Part shown: positions 11,589 through 22,569 of the stretch, one piece after another | Position numbering within the stretch: the stretch's first letter is position 1 | Layout: the number at the start of each line of letters is the position of its first letter | Assembly (NCBI GenBank): GCA_965153455.1 | Contig: OZ234493.1 | Location: 13,072,213 to 13,136,212, forward strand | Direction: 5' to 3' | Length of the DNA stretch: 64,000 bases | DNA from: Sphagnum compactum | Lineage: Eukaryota | Notes under the pieces: model-generated | What the model saw: the letters and a program-made list of their open reading frames with translations, nothing else | What the model was told of the DNA's origin: nothing | Databases searched by the model: none | Position numbers and translations under genes: made by a program

Positions 11589-13577
11589 TTATGCTCCAAA
11601 GTACCATATGAGATCATCATCAAGTAAGTCTGTGGGGGTGCCCAGTGGAACAGAATGATCCAATCCTATGTCAAAAGGCGCACTAAAAGCATATTCTGGC
11701 AAGATCTCCATGTCTTGATGTTCAAATGTATGATCAAAGTTTTTGCCATCCTTTTGCAGACCGCAATTCTCAATACTTATATCATGTACACCTGTGCTGT
11801 TATCAAAACCCTGCCCAAACAAGCTCTCTTCAGATACAAGCTCAGATGTGTCCATTGACTGGTGATGATGATGATGATGATGATGATTGAGCCCGGATTC
11901 TTCTCCTGATAGTCTAGTAACACCGTGCCCTTGGGTGTCTGGTCTGCTCAGGCCTCCATCAGCCATGGACCCATCTAATTGCATGCCACCTGTTCCATAT
12001 AGACCTGCAAAAAGGTCATGCAGAACCTGGCTGCTGTCCTCTGACATGTTTGGCAGGCTAGATACATTCTGTGGAGCAGGGAGAGCGAGAGGCATGAATC
12101 GTGAAGCACCAGCAATTGATCTATGATTTCCCACAAGTGAGCCTGTCTGATACAACCCCCCCTGTCCACTCAGTAACTGTGAAGGCTGCCCCACTGCTCC
12201 TAAGTAAAGAGCACCTGAAACTTGGGCTTCAGGCCTGTGAGGACAAGTCGACTGGTGCATGTTCCGCAATTCCCGATCTGAGAATGCATTCCGCCATTCG
12301 TTGTGTTTGCAATTTACATGGGGGCACATATATACCTGATGCTCTGGTACAAGCATATTCCCAAAAGTGTGTTTTGTTACCCCCCCATCCACCACATCTC
12401 CATCCTTCAGCCGAAGAGATGATTTATCATAGCCCGTGACAAGTCTATCACCCTCCCTGCCTCCCAGACTTACACCCTTTGGCGGTGTTGAGTTTGAAGG
12501 TCCATTGCCATCAAATGGATCAAACTCGTCAGTCTCTGCATCCTGGCCACCTTCATCACTATGTGAAAGCCCCTGCAACAAGTCATCCTCCAAGCCCTCC
12601 ACATCGAATTCAGTATTATTCAAGGCAAAGCTGCCTGCATTGCTGGTGGCAGGAGTACCACCACCAATATGATCTCCGGTTCCATTCTGCTGCCGAGCCA
12701 TCGCCTCTTCTTGATTGAGCACAGCTTGCCAAGTTGCACTCTCTTTGGCTGTCATCTTGTCCTGCAGGCATTTCGACTGCCACACAAGCTTGCGAATCTT
12801 GGCAATGTCAGGTGACATGTGTTTGATGATGGCTGTCATAACACCGACTTTCCAGGCCTTTTTGAGATCATGCGGCTTCTTGTAAGGGGGAGCTCCTTGG
12901 CCCTTGGGCAGTCCCACTTGAGGCCACCAATCTTCATTGCTTGATGGCCACCAAGGCGGTGGTACACCTTTCTCAAGTGGATATCGCCGTTGTGGCGGGT
13001 CGCAATGCTGCATGAGAGCAGACAACAAGGAGCCTAATGTGGTATCTTGCAGCTCCTGAAGAGTATGAGGAGTAGCAGCAACACTACTCACAGTGCCTTT
13101 CGTCGGTTTACCAGGAAGTGCATGGTCAGCTTGGTACTTAGCAATGGCTGCAGGTCCATTCCGGTCGAACCGCACTCTCTCCTTCCACCAAGCCCGGAGG
13201 TTATCTGATGCTCCACTCACAGCCTTCCCTTTCTCCGGGATGATCCCATACACAAACCCTTGCGCTTTACATACCTCCATCATCTTGAGCATGTACTTAA
13301 GGATGCCATCCTGCGCCCGAGACATTTTCTTCCTCCGTGCTTGCTCTTGCGACTGCTTGTGCTTGGGTCCTCTCTCACTCACCTCCTTCTGCTTCTGCTG
13401 CTCCTTGATTCTCTTCAACCGCAACCGGTCCCGCCACATTCGCTTCTCCAGCTCGTCCACATCAATATCCTCGTCGCTAAAATCCTCCTCTTCCTGCATG
13501 CCATCCCCCTCGTTGTCCGCCATGAACTCTCCCATGTCCAAGTTCCCCCCGAATTCCAGATCCTCGCTTCGCTCCAT
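11589..13577 (-). CDS. EIN3/EIL: ETHYLENE INSENSITIVE3-like transcription factor, intronless CDS, 662 aa
   Basis: First in-frame ATG at 13577. Motifs: [105 protein letters not shown]; poly-His tract; C-terminal IWYF. Confidence 0.97.
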   Translation of the reverse strand: MERSEDLEFGGNLDMGEFMADNEGDGMQEEEDFSDEDIDVDELEKRMWRDRLRLKRIKEQQKQKEVSERGPKHKQSQEQARRKKMSRAQDGILKYMLKMMEVCKAQGFVYGIIPEKGKAVSGASDNLRAWWKERVRFDRNGPAAIAKYQADHALPGKPTKGTVSSVAATPHTLQELQDTTLGSLLSALMQHCDPPQRRYPLEKGVPPPWWPSSNEDWWPQVGLPKGQGAPPYKKPHDLKKAWKVGVMTAIIKHMSPDIAKIRKLVWQSKCLQDKMTAKESATWQAVLNQEEAMARQQNGTGDHIGGGTPATSNAGSFALNNTEFDVEGLEDDLLQGLSHSDEGGQDAETDEFDPFDGNGPSNSTPPKGVSLGGREGDRLVTGYDKSSLRLKDGDVVDGGVTKHTFGNMLVPEHQVYMCPHVNCKHNEWRNAFSDRELRNMHQSTCPHRPEAQVSGALYLGAVGQPSQLLSGQGGLYQTGSLVGNHRSIAGASRFMPLALPAPQNVSSLPNMSEDSSQVLHDLFAGLYGTGGMQLDGSMADGGLSRPDTQGHGVTRLSGEESGLNHHHHHHHHQSMDTSELVSEESLFGQGFDNSTGVHDISIENCGLQKDGKNFDHTFEHQDMEILPEYAFSAPFDIGLDHSVPLGTPTDLLDDDLIWYFGA

Positions 13578-15950
13578 GGGCCACTCTTGTCTGTGGCCCC
13601 CGCCTCCTCGCACCTCTTGTCCTCCTCCTCCTTTTCCTTCTTTCACTCTTCAACCTTCCCAGACCCCCTTGCCCGCCCGCTCACCTCTCTCCTCTCCCCA
13701 AACTCTCTCCTCACAAGCTACAACATACTCATGTCTCCGGCTCCCGCTTCATCGCGATTCTCAACCTCATTCTCTGTTCTCTGGCTCGTTGGGAGCGCCA
13801 AAAGAAAGCGAAGAAGAATGCGCGCAAAAACTCGGAGCCACACACCTCACGCCCGACCTCGAATTCGCACGAACAACACGCACACGGAGGACGCGAGGAG
13901 ACCCGAGGAGCTCGTCGTTGGACAAGTGGGATTCTGCGAAACCCTAAAAAGCTTGGGCAGGAAAGCTTCACCAGCGACAACGAGGGGAACGCAAAACACA
14001 CAGAAGGGGGGAGAGGATAACGAACCCCGTTCTCTCTGGTTCCCCTTGTTCTCAAACCCCATATCCACATCTCTCCTGATCGTTCTCTCTGGTCCCCCTT
14101 GTTCCCAAACGTACTCTGCGTTCGCATCTCTCCACCGGCGAATATAGAGGTAAGACACTAGGCACCGCAAGCACTCGATAGGGAACGCAGAGAACTGCTC
14201 TGCATCGGCAGGCGAACAGAAACACCGAAAGGTAAAAAAGTAGTGTAGGGAACGTAGAGAATTTTTGCTCACAACTGATTGGTGACTGGTACACTGTTCC
14301 CAAAGGCGGGGAACGAGAGTGAGCTGGGTGTGCGAATGCGGCGAGGTAGTAGGCCAATAGTGGGAACAATGAAGCGAACGTGATCGTTAGTTTGGGGCTG
14401 GGGGTATTCGCACGTGGGAACAAGGAGTAAAGTACAGCCAGTGGACCAGACCAGCTCTCCATCACAAAAATTGTGAAGTGGGTGGGGGGGTCCACAACCC
14501 ACCCGCCTCACAATTATCTCTTTGCACCCACTTAGAAGAAACCCCGAGAAGGGGAGGGAGGCAGCAGCCCACTTAGGCTGCTTCATCCGGGTCGGGTAAG
14601 TGGGCCCACTTGCGCCCACCTACCCGGTTCGGGTAAAAAGGCTAACACCTGCTCTTGATTGACTAGAAGATAGTTTGATTGGTCCAGGTGGGCTGCTATT
14701 ACTAGTCTCCTACCTATTTGCAATCCAAGTTTGAGTCTGATGAGCAGGGTTTTTTTTTTTTTTTTTAATAATTTAATTTTTTAAAATAATTTATTATTCT
14801 TTTTAATTTAATTTAATTTAATTTAATTTAAATTTTATTTATTTTAAGTAAATAACAAAAACTTGGATGTGGGGAATTTCCCACCTTGTGGGACGTTAGG
14901 ATACCACCTTGTCCTAGAGAGGGGGCATTGTGGGAATGTCCCCCCATCCATGCATAAAGATCCCTCATTGTGAGACATGAGGATATCACGGATACCACCT
15001 TGTCCTAGGGCTCATTGGTAAAGGATTTGAGGTATTTTTTATCCTTAGGAACAAATCTCTCTTTTTTTTTTTCTTTTTTTCTATATTTGATTTCAAGTTA
15101 GGAAGGAATAAGGAGGTTAGTTTCTCATCTTGATTTCTAAATTTCTCATTAAAAAATTTCTACCTTAGGTCTAAACTTACTCAATGTATAACTAATTTAA
15201 TGCCATTGTAAAAAACTTATCTATCCTCTTATGTTTAAAGCCCAAGGGTTAGATTGCTCTTGAAACTTTTAATGTTTTAATCGTCCAAACAAGATGAGGT
15301 TAAATGAAAATATGACATCAAATGGTGTTCGATTTTATTTTATTTTGATTTTGAAGAAACCGATGTTGTTTGTGTTGAACTTTTTTTGGTTTTGATTTTT
15401 GTGCATGGGTTCCAATGGCCGGCGATGAAGAAATGATTCTTGTATACATTGATTTACATGGTGGTGAGATTGACAACTCGATGAATGCATTTTGGTGTTA
15501 TGCATTGGTGTTCAATGAGGAGATTTTGAGAATTCCAAAAGCTTCTAGAGGAAGGAAATGGAATGTTACATAGGGAGGATCGTCATACCAACATGGGGGA
15601 GAACAATTGATAGTTTACAATTGTTTTTGGGAGAGAGATGGGATATCCTTGGTGTGTCAAGTTGGTCACAATGTAACCATTTTATTTTTTTAAATGTAAA
15701 TGATCAAGACAACTTGTGTTTTGGTTGGAAAAGTTTTGCAAGGAGAGCAAATGAGGGTGAGGAAGAGAGATCAACAATTTAGAAAGGTAGGAGGATCCAT
15801 GGCATGGTTCGGAGAAGATGTGAATGTTGTTGAAGAGATGCCATTTGATGTTCCACGAGCATGTGAATGGAATGGATTAGAGCTTTTGATGTTGGGATAT
15901 AATAGTAGTTTCTTATCAATGAGATGGTTGGGCATAGCTAGATTTCACTC

Positions 15951-16085
15951 TCATTTTGTTCATTTTGTTTCATCGAAGTTGTTGTGTGTTGTTTGTTGTT
16001 GCAATGTGCATATGGTCATTTTGTTCATTTTGTTTCATCGAAGTTGTTTTGTGTTGTTTGTTGTTGGAATGTGCATATGGTCATG
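15951..16085. repeat. ~66-bp tandem duplication
   Basis: TCATTTTGTTCATTTTGTTTCATCGAAGTTGTT...AATGTGCATATGG occurs twice. Confidence 0.85.
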
Positions 16086-16583
16086 TGTTGTAAGTTTAGG
16101 GTTTGAAATACTTCAACTTCCTTGGGAGAAAGAAATTGCAAGAGATGAGTGCTTGGGTGTCCTTCACCAAAATTGCCCATTTCATGGGTTAATTCTTTAC
16201 ATGACCACCTTTGGTTTTGGCAAGCATTTGTGTGAACTTTGATGGACTATTTCAAATAAACAAAAAACTTGCACACATATCATGAGTGAAAGTTTGTGTG
16301 TTTGAAATAATGTTTCCAAATTTGATACCTTACTCCCATTTTGGGTTACATAACAATAATAATACCCTTATTATCCCTTTAGTCCAAATCCAAGTTAAGT
16401 AAATGTACTTGGTCCCTCTCACTCTTAAAGGATACTAGTAGTGCGGTGGTTGAAGGTTCACTTAAGCTCTTTGAGGACCTTGATACAAAAAATATGCATG
16501 GTTACAAAGCCTATGAGCTTTGAGTTCTTAAATGTTTGCTCACCAGCCATTCTACCCTAGGACACCAAAATGGGTTCCCGATA

Positions 16584-16650
16584 AGGGTAAGGGACCCATG
16601 TCAGGGACTTCACATGTTTGAGCGCCATCGTGCATTGGGTCCCTTACCCT
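16584..16650. repeat. Perfect 15-bp inverted repeat (MITE-like hairpin)
   Basis: AGGGTAAGGGACCCA (16584-16598) ... TGGGTCCCTTACCCT (16636-16650). Confidence 0.75.
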
Positions 16651-18549
16651 GGGAAAGAATTTCTCAATGGAACCACTCGCATGTAAGTGCGTTTATGTGT
16701 AGGGTAAAGCGCAAGGTTCAATGGCAAGGAAATTTCACCACCAAAAAAAAAAGGAATTTTTTTTTGTGAAACAGAGCTGATCTGCTTTTATTTTTATGCA
16801 AAAGTGTAGAGCCAAAAATAAATAAATAAATAAATAAATGAGTAATTGTAGATAGCCTGTTCTTGCATCTCTCTCTGACAACCCCCAACAAAACTGGCAT
16901 CTCTGGGAAAGTGAGTGAGTGAGAAAAGGCTTCAGATACAAAAGTTAGAGCACTTTGGTACCTGAATGTCTGACAACAACATATTGGGTCCGCCTGGAAA
17001 TGCAGGTGATCAAAGTTTTTTGCACGTGGCCTCTCATGTTTGGAGCAACACATGGACCCAACCCAACACTTTCAAGTATATATTTTGCGTCTTCATATGC
17101 AGTTTCATGTACGGAGTTTTAGATTCTTAAATCAGATTGGGAGATGAGCACTGAATCTACCAAACCATTAAGAACCCTTTGGCAGTAATAACAGCTCACT
17201 CACAACTCAGTGAAAGAAAAGACATATTTGGTAATAATAAACTTGCAAGAGAACATCAATGTGGAACTTGCAAAAGAACTTGTACAAAAATTTATGTTTT
17301 AGGAATTAATGACATAGAGTGATACATAATTGCAGCAAAAACTCATATTTCTTGTATTGGTTAATTTTCCTAAAAACATTAATGTCAAAAACCTAAAAGA
17401 CCAACCTTGTTTGAATTCAAGGGATATCCTTATGTGTTTTTTTCAATTAGCTTAGTTTCGTTTTTTTTTAATGCATCCAACTAACTGGAATTTTGTAATT
17501 ACTTTATCAACTATCGCAAAAAACGATGAACAATAGAAACATGTACAAATACATTGTTATCAATGGTTTTTAGGTGGCAAATTTTCACATTTGCTATGAC
17601 ATTTTGTTTGGGGAACATTTTGTCATAGATTCGTATATGTTTCTTGTTAGGTGTTTGACTAGTTCTGCGAAGAGGAATGAAGAAAAGGAAAAGACATCTC
17701 TTATTATAAATTGCAGAAAAAATCACCACAACAAACAATTTGAATGTAGCATGACAATGAGTGTGATTCATAACCTTACAAGAGTCGCTCACCAAGTGTC
17801 AGACTGTCACCTTCATCAGGAATCGCGGTGATGAATTGCCATGACTACGCACTGACTTTTTTATCGGCTTCCAACCCACATACCCACTCCCACCTTTCTC
17901 AGCTCCCAACAGTGGTGGGGTGTAGATAAAGTATAACTAATCTGCCAAAAAATTTCCACAAACCATTAACTAAATCTGCTTTCTGTCGCATTTCCAGAAG
18001 CGACAGGAGGACTGAGCCATGATGTTGGCTAGCACTCAAGGGACATAGAAGAAAAGACATAATGTTGCAGCAAATAGAGCATCAAAGCAAAGTAGAGACT
18101 TCTGGGATTGTACTCTCAGCACCTGCCATCAGTGCATGGATCTTGATCAGTGCATGGATCTTGATCAGTGCATGAACCTTCATTCTTGAACCTTATGAAG
18201 GATGTGCTTGCACCTTTTGTCCACACTGGTGACAACATCCACTCATTGCTACACACAGTGTGGCTGAAGCGGAGAAGAAATGGACACTGGAAGCCGATCT
18301 GAATCACCGCTTCACTGTCAATTTACTCCAGATCATCCAAATTCTCAACATGACACTGGTAAAAATGTAAAGCGAACCATGACAAAATTATGCTTGGTTG
18401 ATTAACCTAGCAAGTGGATATGCGAAGGGCTGTTATCCCTCAAAATCTCTGAAAGGCTTGTTCACCAACTGTGAATGAGACCTCCACACAGCTCTAGATT
18501 TTTCGAAAGATGTCACACTCAACCACTACATAAACAAAAAAGGCTAGAA

Positions 18550-21500
18550 CTATAAATCACCACGAAATAAGAAAGAATTGTCAATTGAAGTCTTTCTACT
18601 GTCCCTGGATGAGATGGTACTATTACGATTGAGTCGTACAAGTTCTTGCAAATCCTCCACATCAACTGTCAGCTGTTTGATCGTATTTTCAACCTTCTGA
18701 AGCAGCCTCTCACTCTGGTGCTGAAGCCACTCCTGGCCATAATTTGAACTCGACAAAGTTGGAAGTGAATCAGGTGACAATCGTGGGGCTGGCTCTGCTT
18801 GCCATCGTATACCCTCCATATTCACCTCATTTAATCTGCGCAGAACCACATTAGCATCACTAGGGTGTCTTCGTGTTTTTGGAAACAGAAAGGGAATCAC
18901 AATATCAACTTTCTGATCACGGAATCAACTGCCTCTCTTCAACTTCTGACCCAAGACTTCTCTCTACAAACATGAGCTACTTGTGTTCCACAGCAGAATC
19001 CCCCCTCCAACCACAGTTGTGCCTAGCCCAGGTTTAGGGTTAGTTAACTACTCACACCAAATGTGGACCAAAAGTGTGCAAACATCTGATCACAAGGGGT
19101 CACAGGATCCGTCACCTGTTCAAAATTCTGGGCATCTTCTTGATCTCACTTGTCTGGAAGTAAACATCCACCATGGTATCAGATCGGGCAACCACCTTCT
19201 CAACCTGGCCAAAAAGCTCACATGTGGCTGCAATCTTGTGCTCTTCAGGCCTGAGACCTATGTTCGTCAACCTTACTACTGACGTCATGAAGGGGTCCAC
19301 TCTCATGATAGGATATTGCACCCCCCTTAGATGTACTGACTTTGCCCTAAGGGCATTCTCTCGGGCATGTTCTGTCTGGAGAACAAAAGGACTGGTGTGA
19401 GGAGCAGATAAATTAACGAAGATACTAACAAAGAAACAAAACATGTTTTCTTCAGGCTTTTCTTCCAAATCATTGCTCATCATCTGAAACAGGCAGGACA
19501 TTGGATGGTAAAGAACTTCCCGAGCATTTCAAAGAGCAGGAGCAACACAATCAAACTGAACAGACCACAACAAGAAGTTTGTTTGGTACCTGGAACTCCA
19601 TGTGGGCACAACAAGCCCTGGACTCCTCATGCTTAATTTCAGACCGAATGACTTCTCCATACACAGATAGAGCCTTCTCAACCTCCAAAAGGGGTATGTG
19701 CAATGGTAGACCTTGTACAGAAACTAGGTTTTGACTTCTTCTCAGTAAATCAGACCCAGAAGCAGCTGAAGGACTACCAGTCTTCACTTCAGATATCGGC
19801 AGAGGGCGATATTGAGTGGTACCAGCCAAGATAACTTTGTCAAGTTTCCCACGTGTAGTTGAGGCTGCTTCTTTTTGTATACGCACACCTCTGATGTATA
19901 CTTTTGGCTTGTCTAGTGCATTCTTTAAACCCTCAGGTGTCTGCAGCTCCAAAAATTCCAGACCAAGAAACAATTAGTCTCATAGACACAAAATCTGCCC
20001 GAAATACTGTTAAGCTGAAAGAAGATGAGAATTGAAGATAGGAAGAATTCAGGAGACTTCATTTCTCTTACTGCACACAGTTGTATAACAACACAATCTG
20101 TGGCTCTAACATTCGCCCCTTTAAAAAAAAATCATTGCCGTTCTTTCCTCATTGCAGAGTGCCAGAGCAACTTCTTTCAGGCATCTTCAACCTGCAAAGG
20201 AACCCTGCTTAAACTTAGATGAACTACAACAGCGAGTTCACACAGATATGAACCCCAGAATGGATTTGTGAGTGAACCAAGAGGGCAAGAAATTAACCTT
20301 AAAGTCAACAAACCCATATGTAAACTTGGAGTTAATCCGAGTCCTGATCGGTTGTGTCCTAACTATCTCCCCACAATCTTGAAAAGCCTCTTTCATGTCC
20401 TCTGATGTTGCCTGGGGTGACAGATACCGCACAAAAAGACCATATTTTCCAATCGGTGCATCCTTTGATGTCCTCATCCCATTATGTAAAGCCCTTTTCC
20501 CCAAACCTCCAGGCCCAGAAACATTGTACTCGTCACCACCACCTTCAGACAACTCAGGGTAGCTAAGGCCAGCATTACTGCTGTGATTGTAGTCCACAGC
20601 TTCATCATCGTCGTTGTCATCATCATCTTCATCTTCATCATTGTCATCATCTTCATCAGAGCCACTTTCAGCAGATTCTTCAAATTCCAATCCTGTGCTC
20701 ACCGCCCCACCACCATCACTGAGTTTTTGTTGCTGGGAGGCTTGCTGAGAAGAATCTTGTTTTTTTATTGCTGAAGACCCTATTCCACGAAGACGTGCCC
20801 ATAAACCACTGTGAGTCTCAATCTCTCCTTTGCTTGCACCAGTCATTTGTCCATTTGTCAGGATTAGACCCCCTTGCCCCAAATCTTTCCTCCCCCTGAA
20901 CCCTTCATGTTCTGCTTCAAATGAAGTGTTTAGGCTTTGCTCACCACTACTGAATTCTCTCCCAATACCATTCACACCCATTGTTTCCAGTTGTTTGTCC
21001 ACCTCCATACTGTTACCGTCCTCACGTGAATGAAACTCAGGTACTCGATTAAGAGTATCAGCCAATGGATCTTGCTCCTTTATCTTTTCACGTGCATCTT
21101 CTTCACTGCTTGAATCCTGAGAAGCAGTGGCCAGAGGCCTTCCCTTCACATAGCGGCTCTCAAGCTCACTCATAATATCCTTCACCACATTTCTGCCCCC
21201 ACCTGTGCCCTTAAGCACGACACTCACACTAGGAAATGCTCCATCATTTGAATTCATATGCCTGCAAGATGAAGTGTAGTCCCAACAACAGAAATCAATT
21301 GACACACACACTCTGCTAAACTGCTCTGTTACTGCAGAAATATAAAACAAAAAAGAAGAAGCAAATTGTTTATGTTGTTCTCAGGGACAATGAATATAGA
21401 TACACACTTGAGGACAAATGATTCCACAAGAGCTGTCCGCTCCTGGCGTGACATCCTCTCCTTCTTCCTGATTGATTCTGGGTGCTCTTCCAAAGCCACT

Positions 21501-22342
21501 GCATTAGCAAATGCTCTTGATTGCCTGGGAGACATTGGGGTTGCCGTAACCCTTGCTGGAACAAAGATGCAAAAATACACAACAGTAAGTCATCAACAAA
21601 TGTCATTGCACACTACCTCTCTAACAAGATTTTAAATTTTTTTATGCACAGCGTTACTGTTGCCTGCCTCCAATTCTGCTTATTGGAATTTACGCTCTAA
21701 CACACACCCCTGCCATCTATATGGGGGTTACAAAGATACAGGGTTAAGGGCTTAGGGTTTATGTGTGTGTGTGTGTGTGTGTGTGTGTCTCTCTCTCTCT
21801 CTATGACCCACAACAAGACGGTGAACAGCAACCCCAAGTGTGGTGTTTGCAAGCTTGCCATTATGATAACAGTTGCCATTTTTTTCCAACGAGAGCACCG
21901 GTAGTTTTCAACAAGGTTTCACACTCTTACGATATTCAACTCCTTGAATCTTGTGAGGAAGATGACAGCAGAAAATAAATAAGATTTTTTTTGCGAGTAA
22001 TCTGTCATTCCTTAATGCCCCAAAAGAAAATAAAGACAGAACCTGCAGCATTACCCTGTAACTGTTACTCCAAGGCTACTTCAGCTAATACTGTGGCCAA
22101 AACAAAAAGAGGTCCCAAAGGTGAACCCTAAAAACCAAAAACAATTCTCCAGTCAGAAGAGAAAGCAAGTACTTACGGCAGTGCGCGAGAATCTGGAATG
22201 GTATTACCGTTCTCGTGCGCGGAAACCGTACCCGCAACAACAATCCCTGCATGCTGCAACTCCACAACCGCACTGCCATGTTGCTTCTCCCACCCCGCCC
22301 AACAAGACGCAACTGCGTCACTGCTCCTTCACACTGCAGCAT
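18550..22342 (-). CDS. Nucleic-acid-binding protein, ~724 aa: transit-peptide-like N-terminus, PEND/At3g52170-like domain, acidic linker, three RRMs
   Basis: Phase-consistent exons 22342-22177, 21555-21408, 21261-20298, 19940-19590, 19375-19116, 18835-18550. RMSRQERTALVESFVLKHMNSNDGAFPSVSVVLKGTGGGRNVVKDIMSELE; RRM motifs LFVRYL..YGFVDF, VSVQGL..CAHMEF, VRLTNI..VDVYF. Start codon and first exon are less certain. Confidence 0.78.
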
Positions 22343-22493
22343 TCTGCAGCCACCTTTTTGGGCCCCGCTTCCTTCCAATCTCCCATCAGCCCCTCCTCCT
22401 CGTGTCCAAAAGATTTCCCGGCCTTCGTGTGTCTGTTCTCTCCCGCAACATCACACCTCTGCCATCGCCGCTCTCCCCCCGAGCTTCACGACT

Positions 22494-22520
22494 AGGGTTT
22501 AGGGTTTTAGGGTTCAGGGG
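22494..22520. promoter_or_regulatory. Telo-box cluster at the 5' end of the RRM gene
   Basis: tagggtttagggttttagggttcaggg. Confidence 0.65.
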
Positions 22521-22569
22521 CTAATAACCGTATGAGAGCGTAGCCCGTAGGAACCAAAAAAAAAAAGGG

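Noticed and set aside
13093..14147. 284-aa and 295-aa plus-strand ORFs
   Set aside because: Antisense to the EIL CDS and its GC-rich leader.
21929..22060. Possible micro-exons in intron 1 of the RRM gene
   Set aside because: Their lengths (13 and 19 nt) break the frame; a direct exon 1-2 splice is in phase.
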